Positions 18,086 through 26,774 of a stretch of DNA of 34,983 nt are shown piece after piece. The stretch comes from Candidatus Thorarchaeota archaeon (GTDB lineage: Archaea > Asgardarchaeota > Thorarchaeia > Thorarchaeales > Thorarchaeaceae). The notes under the pieces were generated by a model that was given only the letters and a program-made list of their open reading frames with translations, did no database searches and was not told the DNA's origin. Position 1 is the stretch's first letter. Each line of letters opens with the position of its first letter. The stretch spans positions 1 to 34,983 of the forward strand of contig JBHLQJ010000003.1 in assembly GCA_048884945.1 (NCBI GenBank). Reading direction: 5' to 3'. The translations under genes and the position numbers were made by a program.

Positions 18086-19019
18086 TTAGATGAGATACTA
18101 CTGGAGGTACACTCTCACCCACTTGATTGTATTGGCTGTCTGCAAAACCCGTGAAAACAAAGGAGTCAGGATAGCTCATCAATCGTGCATGTTCACGTAC
18201 AGTCAAGAGCCTATTTTCAAAAGGATGTATATATCGAGAGAGACCGATTATTGATGTTGAAGGTTTGTTGGGAAACAAACGGACCCAGTTAGGTAAGCTT
18301 CTCGTTTTAGAAACACGAAATTGTTTCACACTCTGGCCCCAACGAGTTCTAGAAATAGCTTTGATTTTCTCTTCAGAGAGTGGATAGTCAATATGGTTCG
18401 GGACATGTGTTTCAGGGTCGAAGATCTGGTTCAGACCAAGACTTGGTAGATTTCCGATTGTTTCCATGACAGTCGGGGGCGTTTTTCGAGAGAACTTCAG
18501 TCTAATGTTACTGATAAAGACACGAAGTCGCCTAGATGGATTCCCATGTTGGTGAGCACGAATTAGGTTGATTTTTACATCATTAATTCCCACGCGCTCA
18601 AACTCTCTCTGAACAACCTCTTTACCACCAGCATGGAGTAGTGCTGCCACGTTCTCAATGACAAAAACCTGTGGTGAGAGATCACCAATAATTCGGATTG
18701 TGTCTAGTAGTAGTTTTGCTGATCCTTTACCATAGACACGCTCAGCTGCAGGTCTGTTACTGCTTGGATTGGCTTTACTGAACTCCTCACATGGTGGTGA
18801 TGCTATAATGACATCTGGTGATTCGCCAAACTTCTCCTCGATTTGAAGGGAATGAAGAGTATGAATATCAGTTTGCCAAATAATTGAGTCTGGAAAATTG
18901 AGCTTGTATGTTTCTAGAGCTGAAGAGTCGCTATCTATGGCGAGATGTGTGTCATTGATGTAGGGTTTGAATCCATAGGAGAAACCTCCTGCGCCACAGA
19001 ACAAATCAAGAATCTTCAT
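18054..19019 (-). CDS. C5-cytosine methyltransferase (Dcm/DNMT fold), no cognate restriction gene nearby
   Basis: Motif I DLFCGAGG, IV SPPCEEFS, VI IENV, VIII PSRRLRVF, IX RLLTVREHARLMSYP, X QVGESVPP. Confidence 0.92.
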   Translation of the reverse strand: MKILDLFCGAGGFSYGFKPYINDTHLAIDSDSSALETYKLNFPDSIIWQTDIHTLHSLQIEEKFGESPDVIIASPPCEEFSKANPSSNRPAAERVYGKGSAKLLLDTIRIIGDLSPQVFVIENVAALLHAGGKEVVQREFERVGINDVKINLIRAHQHGNPSRRLRVFISNIRLKFSRKTPPTVMETIGNLPSLGLNQIFDPETHVPNHIDYPLSEEKIKAISRTRWGQSVKQFRVSKTRSLPNWVRLFPNKPSTSIIGLSRYIHPFENRLLTVREHARLMSYPDSFVFTGFADSQYNQVGESVPPVVSHLIAQEVCAKIV

Positions 19020-19142
19020 GCACTTTTCACAATCCGTCTACTCAATGTTGCACATATGTTCGATTATAACAATGTCGAAGGAAGACTTCAAAAGCACCGA
19101 TTATCTACGGCGTTTTTAAACTGCCACTTTGAGTGAGAGAAG

Positions 19143-20084
19143 ATGGCGACAGGTTCAGGAAAAGGGAAGACAATTCTCTTTGGAGAGCACTTTGTAGTCT
19201 ATGGACTTCCAGCTCTTGCAGCTGGTATAGCATCAGAAACGACAGCAACAGTTACACCGTTGAGCCCTGCAGGTTGGAAACTTGTAGATAATCGACCAGC
19301 TGTGCCCGGGTATAAGGAAGAAAAGTATGAAGAGCAGAGAGCATCGATTGAGAACATACTGAAACATCTTAAAATCGATATAACCAAGACTGGGTTTCAA
19401 ATCGAGCTTGCAGGTGACTTGGTTTGTGCTTCTGGTATTGGAGCAAGTGCAGCAAGCTGCGTTGCTATTGCTAGGGCTTTGAATGATGAGTATTCACTAG
19501 GTTTGGATGTCTATCAAATCAATGAAGCAGCTTACATAGGAGAGATGGGGTATCATGGCACTCCTTCGGGTCTTGATAACACGGCATCAACTTTCGGAGG
19601 ACTCATTTGGTTTGTGCGTGATTTGAAAGGAGGTGCACCCAAATTTGAGACTCTAAAACTTGAGAAATCAGCTAATCTTGTGATTGCATCAACAGGATTG
19701 ACAGCTAGTACGAAGATAGTTGTTGGTGATGTCAAGAAAAAGAAAGAAGCTGACCCTGATTGGTTCGAGTCGATATCAAAGGAATATAACAAGCTAGTCA
19801 GTGATGCAAGAGATGCCTTGATTGGACTGAGATTTGATGAAGTTGGAGCTCTAATGAACAAGAACCACAGGCTACTACAACAACTGACAGTGTCTTGTAA
19901 AGAACTTGATAATTTGGTGAATGTTGCTCGCGAGAATGGTGCTATTGGGGCTAAAATGACTGGAACAGGTAGAGGAGGAAATATGATCGCTCTCGCTCCT
20001 GATAAAGCAACGATGAGGAAGATTGCAGATGCTTTGGAGAAAAGTGGCGCCGCAGGTGTATGGACCACATCATTTGGACTTTGA
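19143..20084 (+). CDS. mvk: Mevalonate kinase
   Basis: 'GKTILFGEHFVVYG', GHMP motif 'ASGIGASAA', 'HGTPSGLD', 'GAKMTGTGRGG'. Confidence 0.93.
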   Translation: MATGSGKGKTILFGEHFVVYGLPALAAGIASETTATVTPLSPAGWKLVDNRPAVPGYKEEKYEEQRASIENILKHLKIDITKTGFQIELAGDLVCASGIGASAASCVAIARALNDEYSLGLDVYQINEAAYIGEMGYHGTPSGLDNTASTFGGLIWFVRDLKGGAPKFETLKLEKSANLVIASTGLTASTKIVVGDVKKKKEADPDWFESISKEYNKLVSDARDALIGLRFDEVGALMNKNHRLLQQLTVSCKELDNLVNVARENGAIGAKMTGTGRGGNMIALAPDKATMRKIADALEKSGAAGVWTTSFGL

Positions 20085-20093
20085 GGTGAGCCT

Positions 20094-21401
20094 ATGATAC
20101 TTGAAGAGTATATTTCTAAGTTGCGAAACGATGGAAAGATTACGACAATTAGAAAAAGTGTTTCAAAGAATCTGGAGATTGCTGGAATTCTAAAGACCCT
20201 CGAACCAGAAACTGTACTGTTTGAGAATGTAAAGGAGAGCAAGTTTCGTGTTGTTGGTAACTTGTTCTGTAATAAAATGCAAGTTGCAGACTATTTTGGG
20301 ATAACAACTGAGCAGATAATTCCAACACTAGCAAATGCTATTGAAAATCATAGTGATCCAGAGGAAACTGACAAGGCTCCTTGTCAAGAGGTGATTGAAG
20401 AGACAGTAGACCTTGACCTTTTACCGATACTATTTCATAACGAGATTGATGGAGGACCATATATTTCCTCAGGGGTTGTAGTAGCATCAGATCCTGAATA
20501 TGGACAAAATTTAGACTTCCATAGAGCCATGCAGATTAGTAAAAACCGAATGGTGACTAGAGTAGTTAGTGGACGCGACTTCCACAAGTTCCTTGAAAGA
20601 AATAGCGAGGTTGATGTAGCATTCTGTGTGGGAAACACACCTGAAGTGTTGATAGCGGCTGCAACCTCCGTGGAAACTGGGATAAATGAACTGGGCATAG
20701 CAAATGCTCTTCGACCTATTCGAGTGACTAGGGCTAAAACTGTAGACTTGATGATTCCTGCAGATTGCGAATTTGTTCTTGAAGGTAGGGTGGTGCTCCA
20801 AGAAAAGCACGCTGAAGGACCATTCATCGATCTAACAGAAACTGTAGATGTAGTTCGACAAGAGCCAATATTCGAAGTGAAAAAGATAACTCACAGAAAG
20901 AACGCAATCTGGCAAGGATTGCTACCAGGACGTTCAGAACACAAGATACTGATGGGCATGCCTCGAGAACCTACAGTATTCAAGAAGATAAAGGAACGTG
21001 GAATTAACGTTCTTGATGTCTACATAACTCCAGGTGGAGCAAGCTGGTTACATGTTGCAGTGAGGATTCAGAAGAAGAACGAGGATGATGGTATTCAGGC
21101 TCTAGAGGCAGCCTTCGCTGGACACAAGAGTGCAAAGCACATCTGGGTCTATGATGATGACATAGACATCTACTCTGACGAAGATCGAGAATGGGCAATG
21201 GCCACCCGGTTCCAAGCAGATGTTGATTTACTCATTAAGGATCGCGAACCAGGAAGTTCTCTTGACCCTAGTGCAGAACCTGGAACCAAACTGACAACAA
21301 AGTGTGGATTTGACTGTACAAAGGTTCTTGATGCAAAAGGAAAGAGCTTCAGCAAAGCTAGGTTCCCGGAAGTGGACCTCAAGAAGTATTTAGGTGATTA
21401 A
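20094..21401 (+). CDS. UbiD-family decarboxylase, likely trans-anhydromevalonate 5-phosphate decarboxylase
   Basis: 'DGGPYISSG', 'EFVLEG', 'EGPF.D', 'DDDIDI', 'WAMATRFQAD', 'GSSLDPS'; lies between mvk and the aconitase X genes. Confidence 0.88.
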   Translation: MILEEYISKLRNDGKITTIRKSVSKNLEIAGILKTLEPETVLFENVKESKFRVVGNLFCNKMQVADYFGITTEQIIPTLANAIENHSDPEETDKAPCQEVIEETVDLDLLPILFHNEIDGGPYISSGVVVASDPEYGQNLDFHRAMQISKNRMVTRVVSGRDFHKFLERNSEVDVAFCVGNTPEVLIAAATSVETGINELGIANALRPIRVTRAKTVDLMIPADCEFVLEGRVVLQEKHAEGPFIDLTETVDVVRQEPIFEVKKITHRKNAIWQGLLPGRSEHKILMGMPREPTVFKKIKERGINVLDVYITPGGASWLHVAVRIQKKNEDDGIQALEAAFAGHKSAKHIWVYDDDIDIYSDEDREWAMATRFQADVDLLIKDREPGSSLDPSAEPGTKLTTKCGFDCTKVLDAKGKSFSKARFPEVDLKKYLGD

Positions 21402-22590
21402 CATGGGACTAGAACTGACACAAGAAGAAAAGGAGATGCTTGATGGAAAGCATGGTAGAGCTACGCAAAAGTCCATAGAAATAATCACGACATTAGGAGA
21501 GATTTACGGAGCTGAAAGACTCATACCGGTTTCAAGTGTACAGATTGCTGGAGTATCCTATCATAATCTAGGAGAAGCAGGACTCGAATATCTGGCTGAA
21601 ATGGCAGAAGATGGTAGAACAAGAGTTCTAACCACATTGAATCCTGCAGGAATGGACCTTTCTGAGTGGAGAAAGCATGGAATTAGTGAAGATTTTGCCA
21701 TAAACCAACAGAGAGTTGTTGAAGCCTTTGAAAAGATGGGGGTGATTACCACATGCACATGTACACCTTATCTAATTGGAAATCTGCCTCATTTTGGAGA
21801 ACACATTGCATGGGCAGAGTCTTCTGCTGTTTGTTTCTCAAATTCAGTGATAGGGGCTTTCACAAATAGGGAGGGGGGTCCTAGTGCGCTTGCATCAGCA
21901 TTGACAGGGAGAACTGCAGAGTATGGTCTCCATCTTCAGGAGAATCGGGTTGCTCAGGTGAAATACGAGATAGACGTAGAGCTGAAAGAAACAGATGATT
22001 TTGGCTTATTGGGGCAAGTAATTGGAGAACGGACAGGTAAAGAGATTCCATATATCACTGGAATTAAACACGCAACCATGGAAGAATTGAAGTCTTTTAG
22101 TGCGTCAATCGCAACATATGGTGGGGTTGCAATCTTCCATATAGAAGAAATCACTCCCAATAGAACAACAATTCCAGAAAAGACAGAGGTCATCACGAGA
22201 AACGATTTGAATAAAGCCCGAGCTGCACTTGATGATGAAGATGCAGAGATTGATTTCATCAGTGTGGGATGTCCTCATGCAAGCATCAAGGAAATTGCTA
22301 GTATAGCAGAGATGCTTGATGGAAAGCAGGTGTCCGATGGGAAGACTGTCTGGATTACGACCGCAAAGCCAACAAAAGATCTTGCAATAAAGATGGGATT
22401 TTATGACAAGATAGAGAAAGCTGGTGCATTCCTTGTTGCTGATGCCTGCTGTGCGGTAGCGCCACTAGAAGGTAGGTTTACTGGTCTGATGACCGACTCT
22501 GCAAAAGCATGTTTCTATGCTCGAGGAAAGAACAAGTTCAAGACGGAGATTCGAACTGTTGAGGAGTGCATCAAGGAGGCTGTGTCTTAG
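21394..22590 (+). CDS. Aconitase X large subunit, likely phosphomevalonate dehydratase large subunit
   Basis: 'TTLNP', 'TCTCTPY', 'AWAESSA', 'TNREGGPSALA', 'GCPH', 'DACCAV', 'TDSAKA'. Likely start ATG 21403. Confidence 0.9.
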   Translation: MINMGLELTQEEKEMLDGKHGRATQKSIEIITTLGEIYGAERLIPVSSVQIAGVSYHNLGEAGLEYLAEMAEDGRTRVLTTLNPAGMDLSEWRKHGISEDFAINQQRVVEAFEKMGVITTCTCTPYLIGNLPHFGEHIAWAESSAVCFSNSVIGAFTNREGGPSALASALTGRTAEYGLHLQENRVAQVKYEIDVELKETDDFGLLGQVIGERTGKEIPYITGIKHATMEELKSFSASIATYGGVAIFHIEEITPNRTTIPEKTEVITRNDLNKARAALDDEDAEIDFISVGCPHASIKEIASIAEMLDGKQVSDGKTVWITTAKPTKDLAIKMGFYDKIEKAGAFLVADACCAVAPLEGRFTGLMTDSAKACFYARGKNKFKTEIRTVEECIKEAVS

Positions 22591-22976
22591 TGCAAGGCCG
22601 GAAGATTTTCAAGGGTAAGGTAATGGGCGAAGCCCTAGTAACAGGTGAAGACATCTCATTCTATGGAGGATGTGACCCAGAAACTGGGGAGATAGTTGAG
22701 AAAGGTCATCATCTAGAGGGAAAATCTGTTTCTGGCAAGGTACTTGTCTTTCCCACTGGTAAAGGTTCTACAGTTGGTTCATACGTCCTTTACGCACTGA
22801 AAAAAGCTGAGAAAGCCCCACTTGCTATAATAAACAGAACGACTGATCCTGTAATAGCTGTAGGGTGCATCATCTCAGAGATTCCTGCAGTCGACCAGAT
22901 TGAGATTGAGAAAATCAAGACTGGACAAAAAGTGGAGGTTGACGCCGATAATGGCGTCGTTTCCATAATTGAATAG
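22566..22976 (+). CDS. Aconitase X small (swiveling, DUF126) subunit
   Basis: 'GEALV...ISFYGG.DPETG', 'GKVLVFPTGKGSTVGSY', 'AVGCIISEIPAVD'. Start may be near 22584-22590. Confidence 0.9.
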   Translation: MHQGGCVLVQGRKIFKGKVMGEALVTGEDISFYGGCDPETGEIVEKGHHLEGKSVSGKVLVFPTGKGSTVGSYVLYALKKAEKAPLAIINRTTDPVIAVGCIISEIPAVDQIEIEKIKTGQKVEVDADNGVVSIIE

Positions 22977-22979
22977 AAC

Positions 22980-23615
22980 TTAGAATCGTTGTACCTGAGG
23001 TTCGAAGTCCTCAGGGGTGAAGGCAGGCTCGCTTTCCTCTGGCAAATCGCCTCTCTCTTTAAGTGTTTGAGCTGTTAAGAGATAGTATACTAGTGCCAGA
23101 GATTTACGACCACGATTATTTGTCGGGATAACGAGATCCACATTTGTTGTCACGTTATCAGTGTCACAGAGAGCAATAACAGGGATACCTATTTTTGCAG
23201 CCTCAGAGAGAGCTTGCTGATCTGTCCTTGGGTCTGTCAGGATTACTACATCAGGTTCAATGTAGGTTCGTGGACCTGCAATGTTGGGATTAGTAAGTGT
23301 TCCAGGTACAAAACGTTCAGTGAATGCGTTAGCTCCAATAAAGTGAGCGAATGTTTCTACAGGCCTTTTACCATATACTCTTCCTGAAACCACTACTATT
23401 TTCGATGGATCAAATCGAGCTAGGAATTTAGCTGTCACTCGAATTCGCTCATCGGTTTTTCGAACATCAAGAACGTATAGTCCAATAGGTCTCTGTCGAT
23501 AAACGAATGGTTCCATATCTTGTGTCTTTACTTGGGTTCCGATATGGCAACCTGCTGCGAGGTAACGATCCATCGGTGCCAAGAGCTCTAAATCAGCGAC
23601 TTCTATCTCACTCAT
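22980..23615 (-). CDS. rps2: 30S ribosomal protein uS2
   Basis: '[11 protein letters not shown]', '[10 protein letters not shown]', '[15 protein letters not shown]'. Start set at ATG 23615, right after rpoN. Confidence 0.97.
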   Translation of the reverse strand: MSEIEVADLELLAPMDRYLAAGCHIGTQVKTQDMEPFVYRQRPIGLYVLDVRKTDERIRVTAKFLARFDPSKIVVVSGRVYGKRPVETFAHFIGANAFTERFVPGTLTNPNIAGPRTYIEPDVVILTDPRTDQQALSEAAKIGIPVIALCDTDNVTTNVDLVIPTNNRGRKSLALVYYLLTAQTLKERGDLPEESEPAFTPEDFEPQVQRF

Positions 23616-23616
23616 T

Positions 23617-23832
23617 CTACTTAACCTCCGCTGTTTCAGTAGTGGCAAATGCCATGAAACTGTCAATAATATCAATATGTGCAAGTAGCATCCTTCGACA
23701 ACAATACCGGTTTAATCCAATATTATCGAGTACTATTGCAGGGTCTTCTCCTTGTCGAACTTCTCGTTTGAATTGCTCAAACTTGTCTGCAACTACTTTA
23801 CCGCAAGTGAAACATCGTACTGGTATAATCAT
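23617..23832 (-). CDS. rpoN: RNA polymerase subunit N (Rpo10)
   Basis: '[13 protein letters not shown]...RYCCRRMLL'. Confidence 0.98.
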   Translation of the reverse strand: MIIPVRCFTCGKVVADKFEQFKREVRQGEDPAIVLDNIGLNRYCCRRMLLAHIDIIDSFMAFATTETAEVK

Positions 23833-23844
23833 TCTTGAATCGCC

Positions 23845-24243
23845 TCACCTGTATGATTTCTGATAGCGTGAACGAGCTGAAGGGCCACCGAATTTCTTTG
23901 GCTCGGTTCTTCGTGGATCTCCAACCAACATCGTTCGGTCATGATCAATCATCTTTGATCGTGCTTCAAAGTCCTGGCTCATTTGGAAAAGTCCTGTGGA
24001 TATTGCCATTCGTACGGCATCAGCCTGACTCATGAAACCGCCACCTTCGCTTCGCACCTTGATATCATATCGCTTCCACCCTTCTCCGAAAAGAATCAGT
24101 GGTTCCATGATACGCATGCGGGCAAGCTCGGGTTGCAAGATCTCCAGAGGTTGACCATTAATCCTAATTCGACCAGCGCCATCTCTTATTGTGGCTTTTG
24201 CCAGACTTGTCTTTCTCTTGCCAGTACTGACTACAACTCTCAT
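23845..24243 (-). CDS. rps9: 30S ribosomal protein uS9
   Basis: 'GKRKT', 'GGGFMSQADA', C-terminal 'KKFGGPSARSRYQKSYR'. Confidence 0.98.
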   Translation of the reverse strand: MRVVVSTGKRKTSLAKATIRDGAGRIRINGQPLEILQPELARMRIMEPLILFGEGWKRYDIKVRSEGGGFMSQADAVRMAISTGLFQMSQDFEARSKMIDHDRTMLVGDPRRTEPKKFGGPSARSRYQKSYR

Positions 24244-24244
24244 C

Positions 24245-24706
24245 CTAGTTTACCTCCGGATTTCTCCAACCAAGTTCGTGACTCAGGTCTGCAACCGTGA
24301 TGAACTTCTGTTTCATGCTCGTATATTTTGCACCCTCAAGCACAATCTTTTCTGAATCTGCATATCTCTCTGGAACTCCCATGTACACCTTGATACGTTT
24401 GAGTGCTTCTTTTCCTCGGGGTGTGGGCCACGGTAGCATTCCACGGATCATCCGTCTCACCATTTTATCAGGACGACGTTGATGAAATGGACCTCTTGTT
24501 GGGTTATAGGAGGTGCGAACATTGAATTTCTCTTTGAACTTCTCAATCACTGTTCTGCGTTTGCCTGTGATTATGGCTTTCTCGATGTTAACGATTACAA
24601 TGTTGTCACCGAGTAGAGCAGCTTTTGCAGCTTTTGCTCCTAGTCGACCAACAACCATATTCTCGGCATCATAGATTTTGATATTATCAGTACTCATCAG
24701 AACCAC
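24245..24706 (-). CDS. rpl13: 50S ribosomal protein uL13
   Basis: 'DAENMVVGRL', 'GPFHQRRPD..VRRMIRGMLP', 'KVYMGVP'. Start may be ATG 24697. Confidence 0.97.
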   Translation of the reverse strand: MVLMSTDNIKIYDAENMVVGRLGAKAAKAALLGDNIVIVNIEKAIITGKRRTVIEKFKEKFNVRTSYNPTRGPFHQRRPDKMVRRMIRGMLPWPTPRGKEALKRIKVYMGVPERYADSEKIVLEGAKYTSMKQKFITVADLSHELGWRNPEVN

Positions 24707-25093
24707 CTATACAATGATTGTAACTCCTTTCCCTTTGGGAATCTGAGTGAGTAGCTCATCAATGGATATCAATGAACCACCAGCTCCGACTATTACTGTT
24801 CTTGCAGCTGTAGATGCATTAAGAGCTGCTACAGTCACTTTATGAGAGAGATTGCCTGATCCTAGTACCTTTCCCGGTACTACAATGATATCTCCCGCAC
24901 TGGTATAGCGACTGATTTTACCAATATTTACTGTAGCACGTTGGCGAGCCGGTCTAGCTAAAAGCTCTGCAACTCGCTTCCATATTCCAACATTATGTTT
25001 AGCAGAAGTTTTTCTTAGCGCATTGATAAGAGCGCGTGTGTTGGGGTCAGTTGGTCCAGATTTGACGGATCTTTCCATAGTATCATACCTCAC
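24707..25093 (-). CDS. rpl18e: 50S ribosomal protein eL18
   Basis: 'IWKRVAELL.RP.R.RATVNIGKI', 'VVPGKVLGSG'. Start may be ATG 25078. Confidence 0.97.
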   Translation of the reverse strand: MRYDTMERSVKSGPTDPNTRALINALRKTSAKHNVGIWKRVAELLARPARQRATVNIGKISRYTSAGDIIVVPGKVLGSGNLSHKVTVAALNASTAARTVIVGAGGSLISIDELLTQIPKGKGVTIIV

Positions 25094-25890
25094 AGTGAAT
25101 TTGCATAGTCAAGAGCCAACCTGATTCTTTCTTTCAGTAACTCAGAAGATTTCTCAACAATTTCCTCGGGACTTAACGCACCTGTCGATTCCACCTTAAA
25201 CAGAAATGCATCTTTCTTGGAGTCAATGGTGATTGCATCAGGCTCACAGACTTCAACACAAGCCTCACAAAGGCTACAGTCCAGAGTGTTTTGAGTCGAT
25301 ATTGTATCGCCATCAATCAAGAGAATGTTCTTTGGACAAACATCAACACAATCACCGCACTGATTGCATTTCTTCTTGTTTACCTCAACAATGGGTACAT
25401 ACTTGTATGAAACGGTTGATACTGGCTGAAATTTCGCGTTCTCCACACCTTTTCCAAGTCGAGCATATGCTTCGATAATTAGACGTTGATTAGGGGCTAG
25501 TTTTACCAGGGGAATATCTCCTGATGAAGGAACTACTTTCGGGTCTTGTGAAGTCAGGTCGCGGGAGTAGATTATTCTCTCTTCATCGCCTGTTTCTTCC
25601 TCTAGAGTGAGTGTGCACTGACAAAGGCTGCATCCTTTACCTTCACAATCACATTCCTCTGGCAGGTTGTAACTTTCTAGATCGGTAATAAGCGGAATTA
25701 GACCTAATCTATGTGCAAGCATCTCATCGTACATCACGCTTGTGTTCTCAAGAACAAGCACTTCATCTATTGCCATCGCGGGCAATCTGGTAAGCATGGT
25801 TCTGCGCAATGCATTTGCAAACGCAACATCCACACCTTCCACTAAGAAGTGAATGATGTTGTCTTGTTTGTGAATTATCGTGATTTCCAT
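25090..25890 (-). CDS. rpoD: RNA polymerase subunit D (Rpo3) with a ferredoxin-like domain
   Basis: 'FANALRR', 'DEMLAHRLGLIPL', 'AKFQP', 'VESTGAL'; two CxxCxxCxxxC motifs. Confidence 0.97.
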   Translation of the reverse strand: MEITIIHKQDNIIHFLVEGVDVAFANALRRTMLTRLPAMAIDEVLVLENTSVMYDEMLAHRLGLIPLITDLESYNLPEECDCEGKGCSLCQCTLTLEEETGDEERIIYSRDLTSQDPKVVPSSGDIPLVKLAPNQRLIIEAYARLGKGVENAKFQPVSTVSYKYVPIVEVNKKKCNQCGDCVDVCPKNILLIDGDTISTQNTLDCSLCEACVEVCEPDAITIDSKKDAFLFKVESTGALSPEEIVEKSSELLKERIRLALDYANSL

Positions 25891-25900
25891 CGACTCACCC

Positions 25901-26046
25901 GACCGTAATTTTCAGTCCATACCCAAAAGACATGCTTTCCCGGACGGACTCGCCATTTGACTGGATATAGTCAGATGGCTCACTCGCCCATGTCCTGGGC
26001 ATCTTCGCCTGATTTCTCTGAACATAAAAGGCTTGTCCTACGGCTA
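25901..26046 (-). promoter_or_regulatory. Candidate structured RNA leader (five-helix junction) upstream of the rpoD operon
   Basis: Closing stem GCCGUAG/UUACGGU encloses four hairpins and abuts the GGUGA SD of rpoD. Folded by eye only. Confidence 0.5.
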
Positions 26047-26081
26047 GCTTTATCCAAAAAAGAGTGCTGAGTGAAAAAAGT

Positions 26082-26579
26082 CTATGCTGCAACCTGTACC
26101 ATATCACGCAGTCCATTTACGATTAATTTGTAACCAGTGAGACGTTGCTTTGGATCAATGGCAACCATACCAACAGTTGGAACTCCGAGTAAATCTTGCA
26201 CTGATTCAGGTCTCATTGAACCTGGAAGGTCTTGCTTATTGGCAATGGCGATGACTTTTACGCCATCTAGCTGATTCTTATACTTTTCAAGCAGCTGTCG
26301 AGTCTTAAGAACTGCTTTTGGACTGCTCTCTGTGACAACGACGACCATTTTGCTGCCTCTCATGAAGTCAGGCCATAAGAATTCGAAGTGAGACTGGCCA
26401 CCCATCTCGATCAAGGAAACTTTCGTGCTACTGTCGATTGTTATTGTACCGCAGCTCATACCTGCAGTTGGTTGATAGTTGGCCTCTAACTTTGGTGCCC
26501 TATCTGTGAGGAGTTTGATTAGTGTGGACTTGCCCGCATAGCCAGACCCCATCAGGGCAACCTTGACATACTCTGTCAT
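26082..26579 (-). CDS. Small Ras-superfamily (Arf/Sar-like) GTPase
   Basis: G1 GSGYAGKS, G2 YQPTAG, atypical G3 EMGGQ, G4 NKQD. Start set at ATG 26579. Confidence 0.88.
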   Translation of the reverse strand: MTEYVKVALMGSGYAGKSTLIKLLTDRAPKLEANYQPTAGMSCGTITIDSSTKVSLIEMGGQSHFEFLWPDFMRGSKMVVVVTESSPKAVLKTRQLLEKYKNQLDGVKVIAIANKQDLPGSMRPESVQDLLGVPTVGMVAIDPKQRLTGYKLIVNGLRDMVQVAA

Positions 26580-26774
26580 GAGTTTTGACTCCAAGTAGAA
26601 GGTGTTTGGTTAGTGTATAGGTTGCTGTATTTCGTGTGTAATACTCACTATTTGAAAAATGCCTTTCTGAAGCACTACTTAAGACTGGTGAAATAACCGA
26701 AGAGGAAATCGCAAAAGGCGCTAGATAGAAGAGCTTAACAGTAAAAGCGAATTTCTCCATCGAGTGAGATTGAG

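Noticed and set aside
18054-19019. Type II restriction-modification system
   Set aside because: No adjacent ORF with a recognisable PD-(D/E)xK or HNH nuclease pattern.
19553-20242. 229-aa antisense ORF
   Set aside because: Mirror frame of mvk/UbiD with Ser/Phe/Pro-rich shadow composition and no motif.
23616-23684. N-terminal extension of uS2 in the ORF track
   Set aside because: Lies inside rpoN; ATG 23615 with an upstream GGAGG is the better start.
25895-26116. 73-aa minus-strand ORF upstream of rpoD
   Set aside because: Overlaps the GTPase 3' end, has no protein-like features, and is better explained by RNA stems. A short leader peptide cannot be fully excluded.
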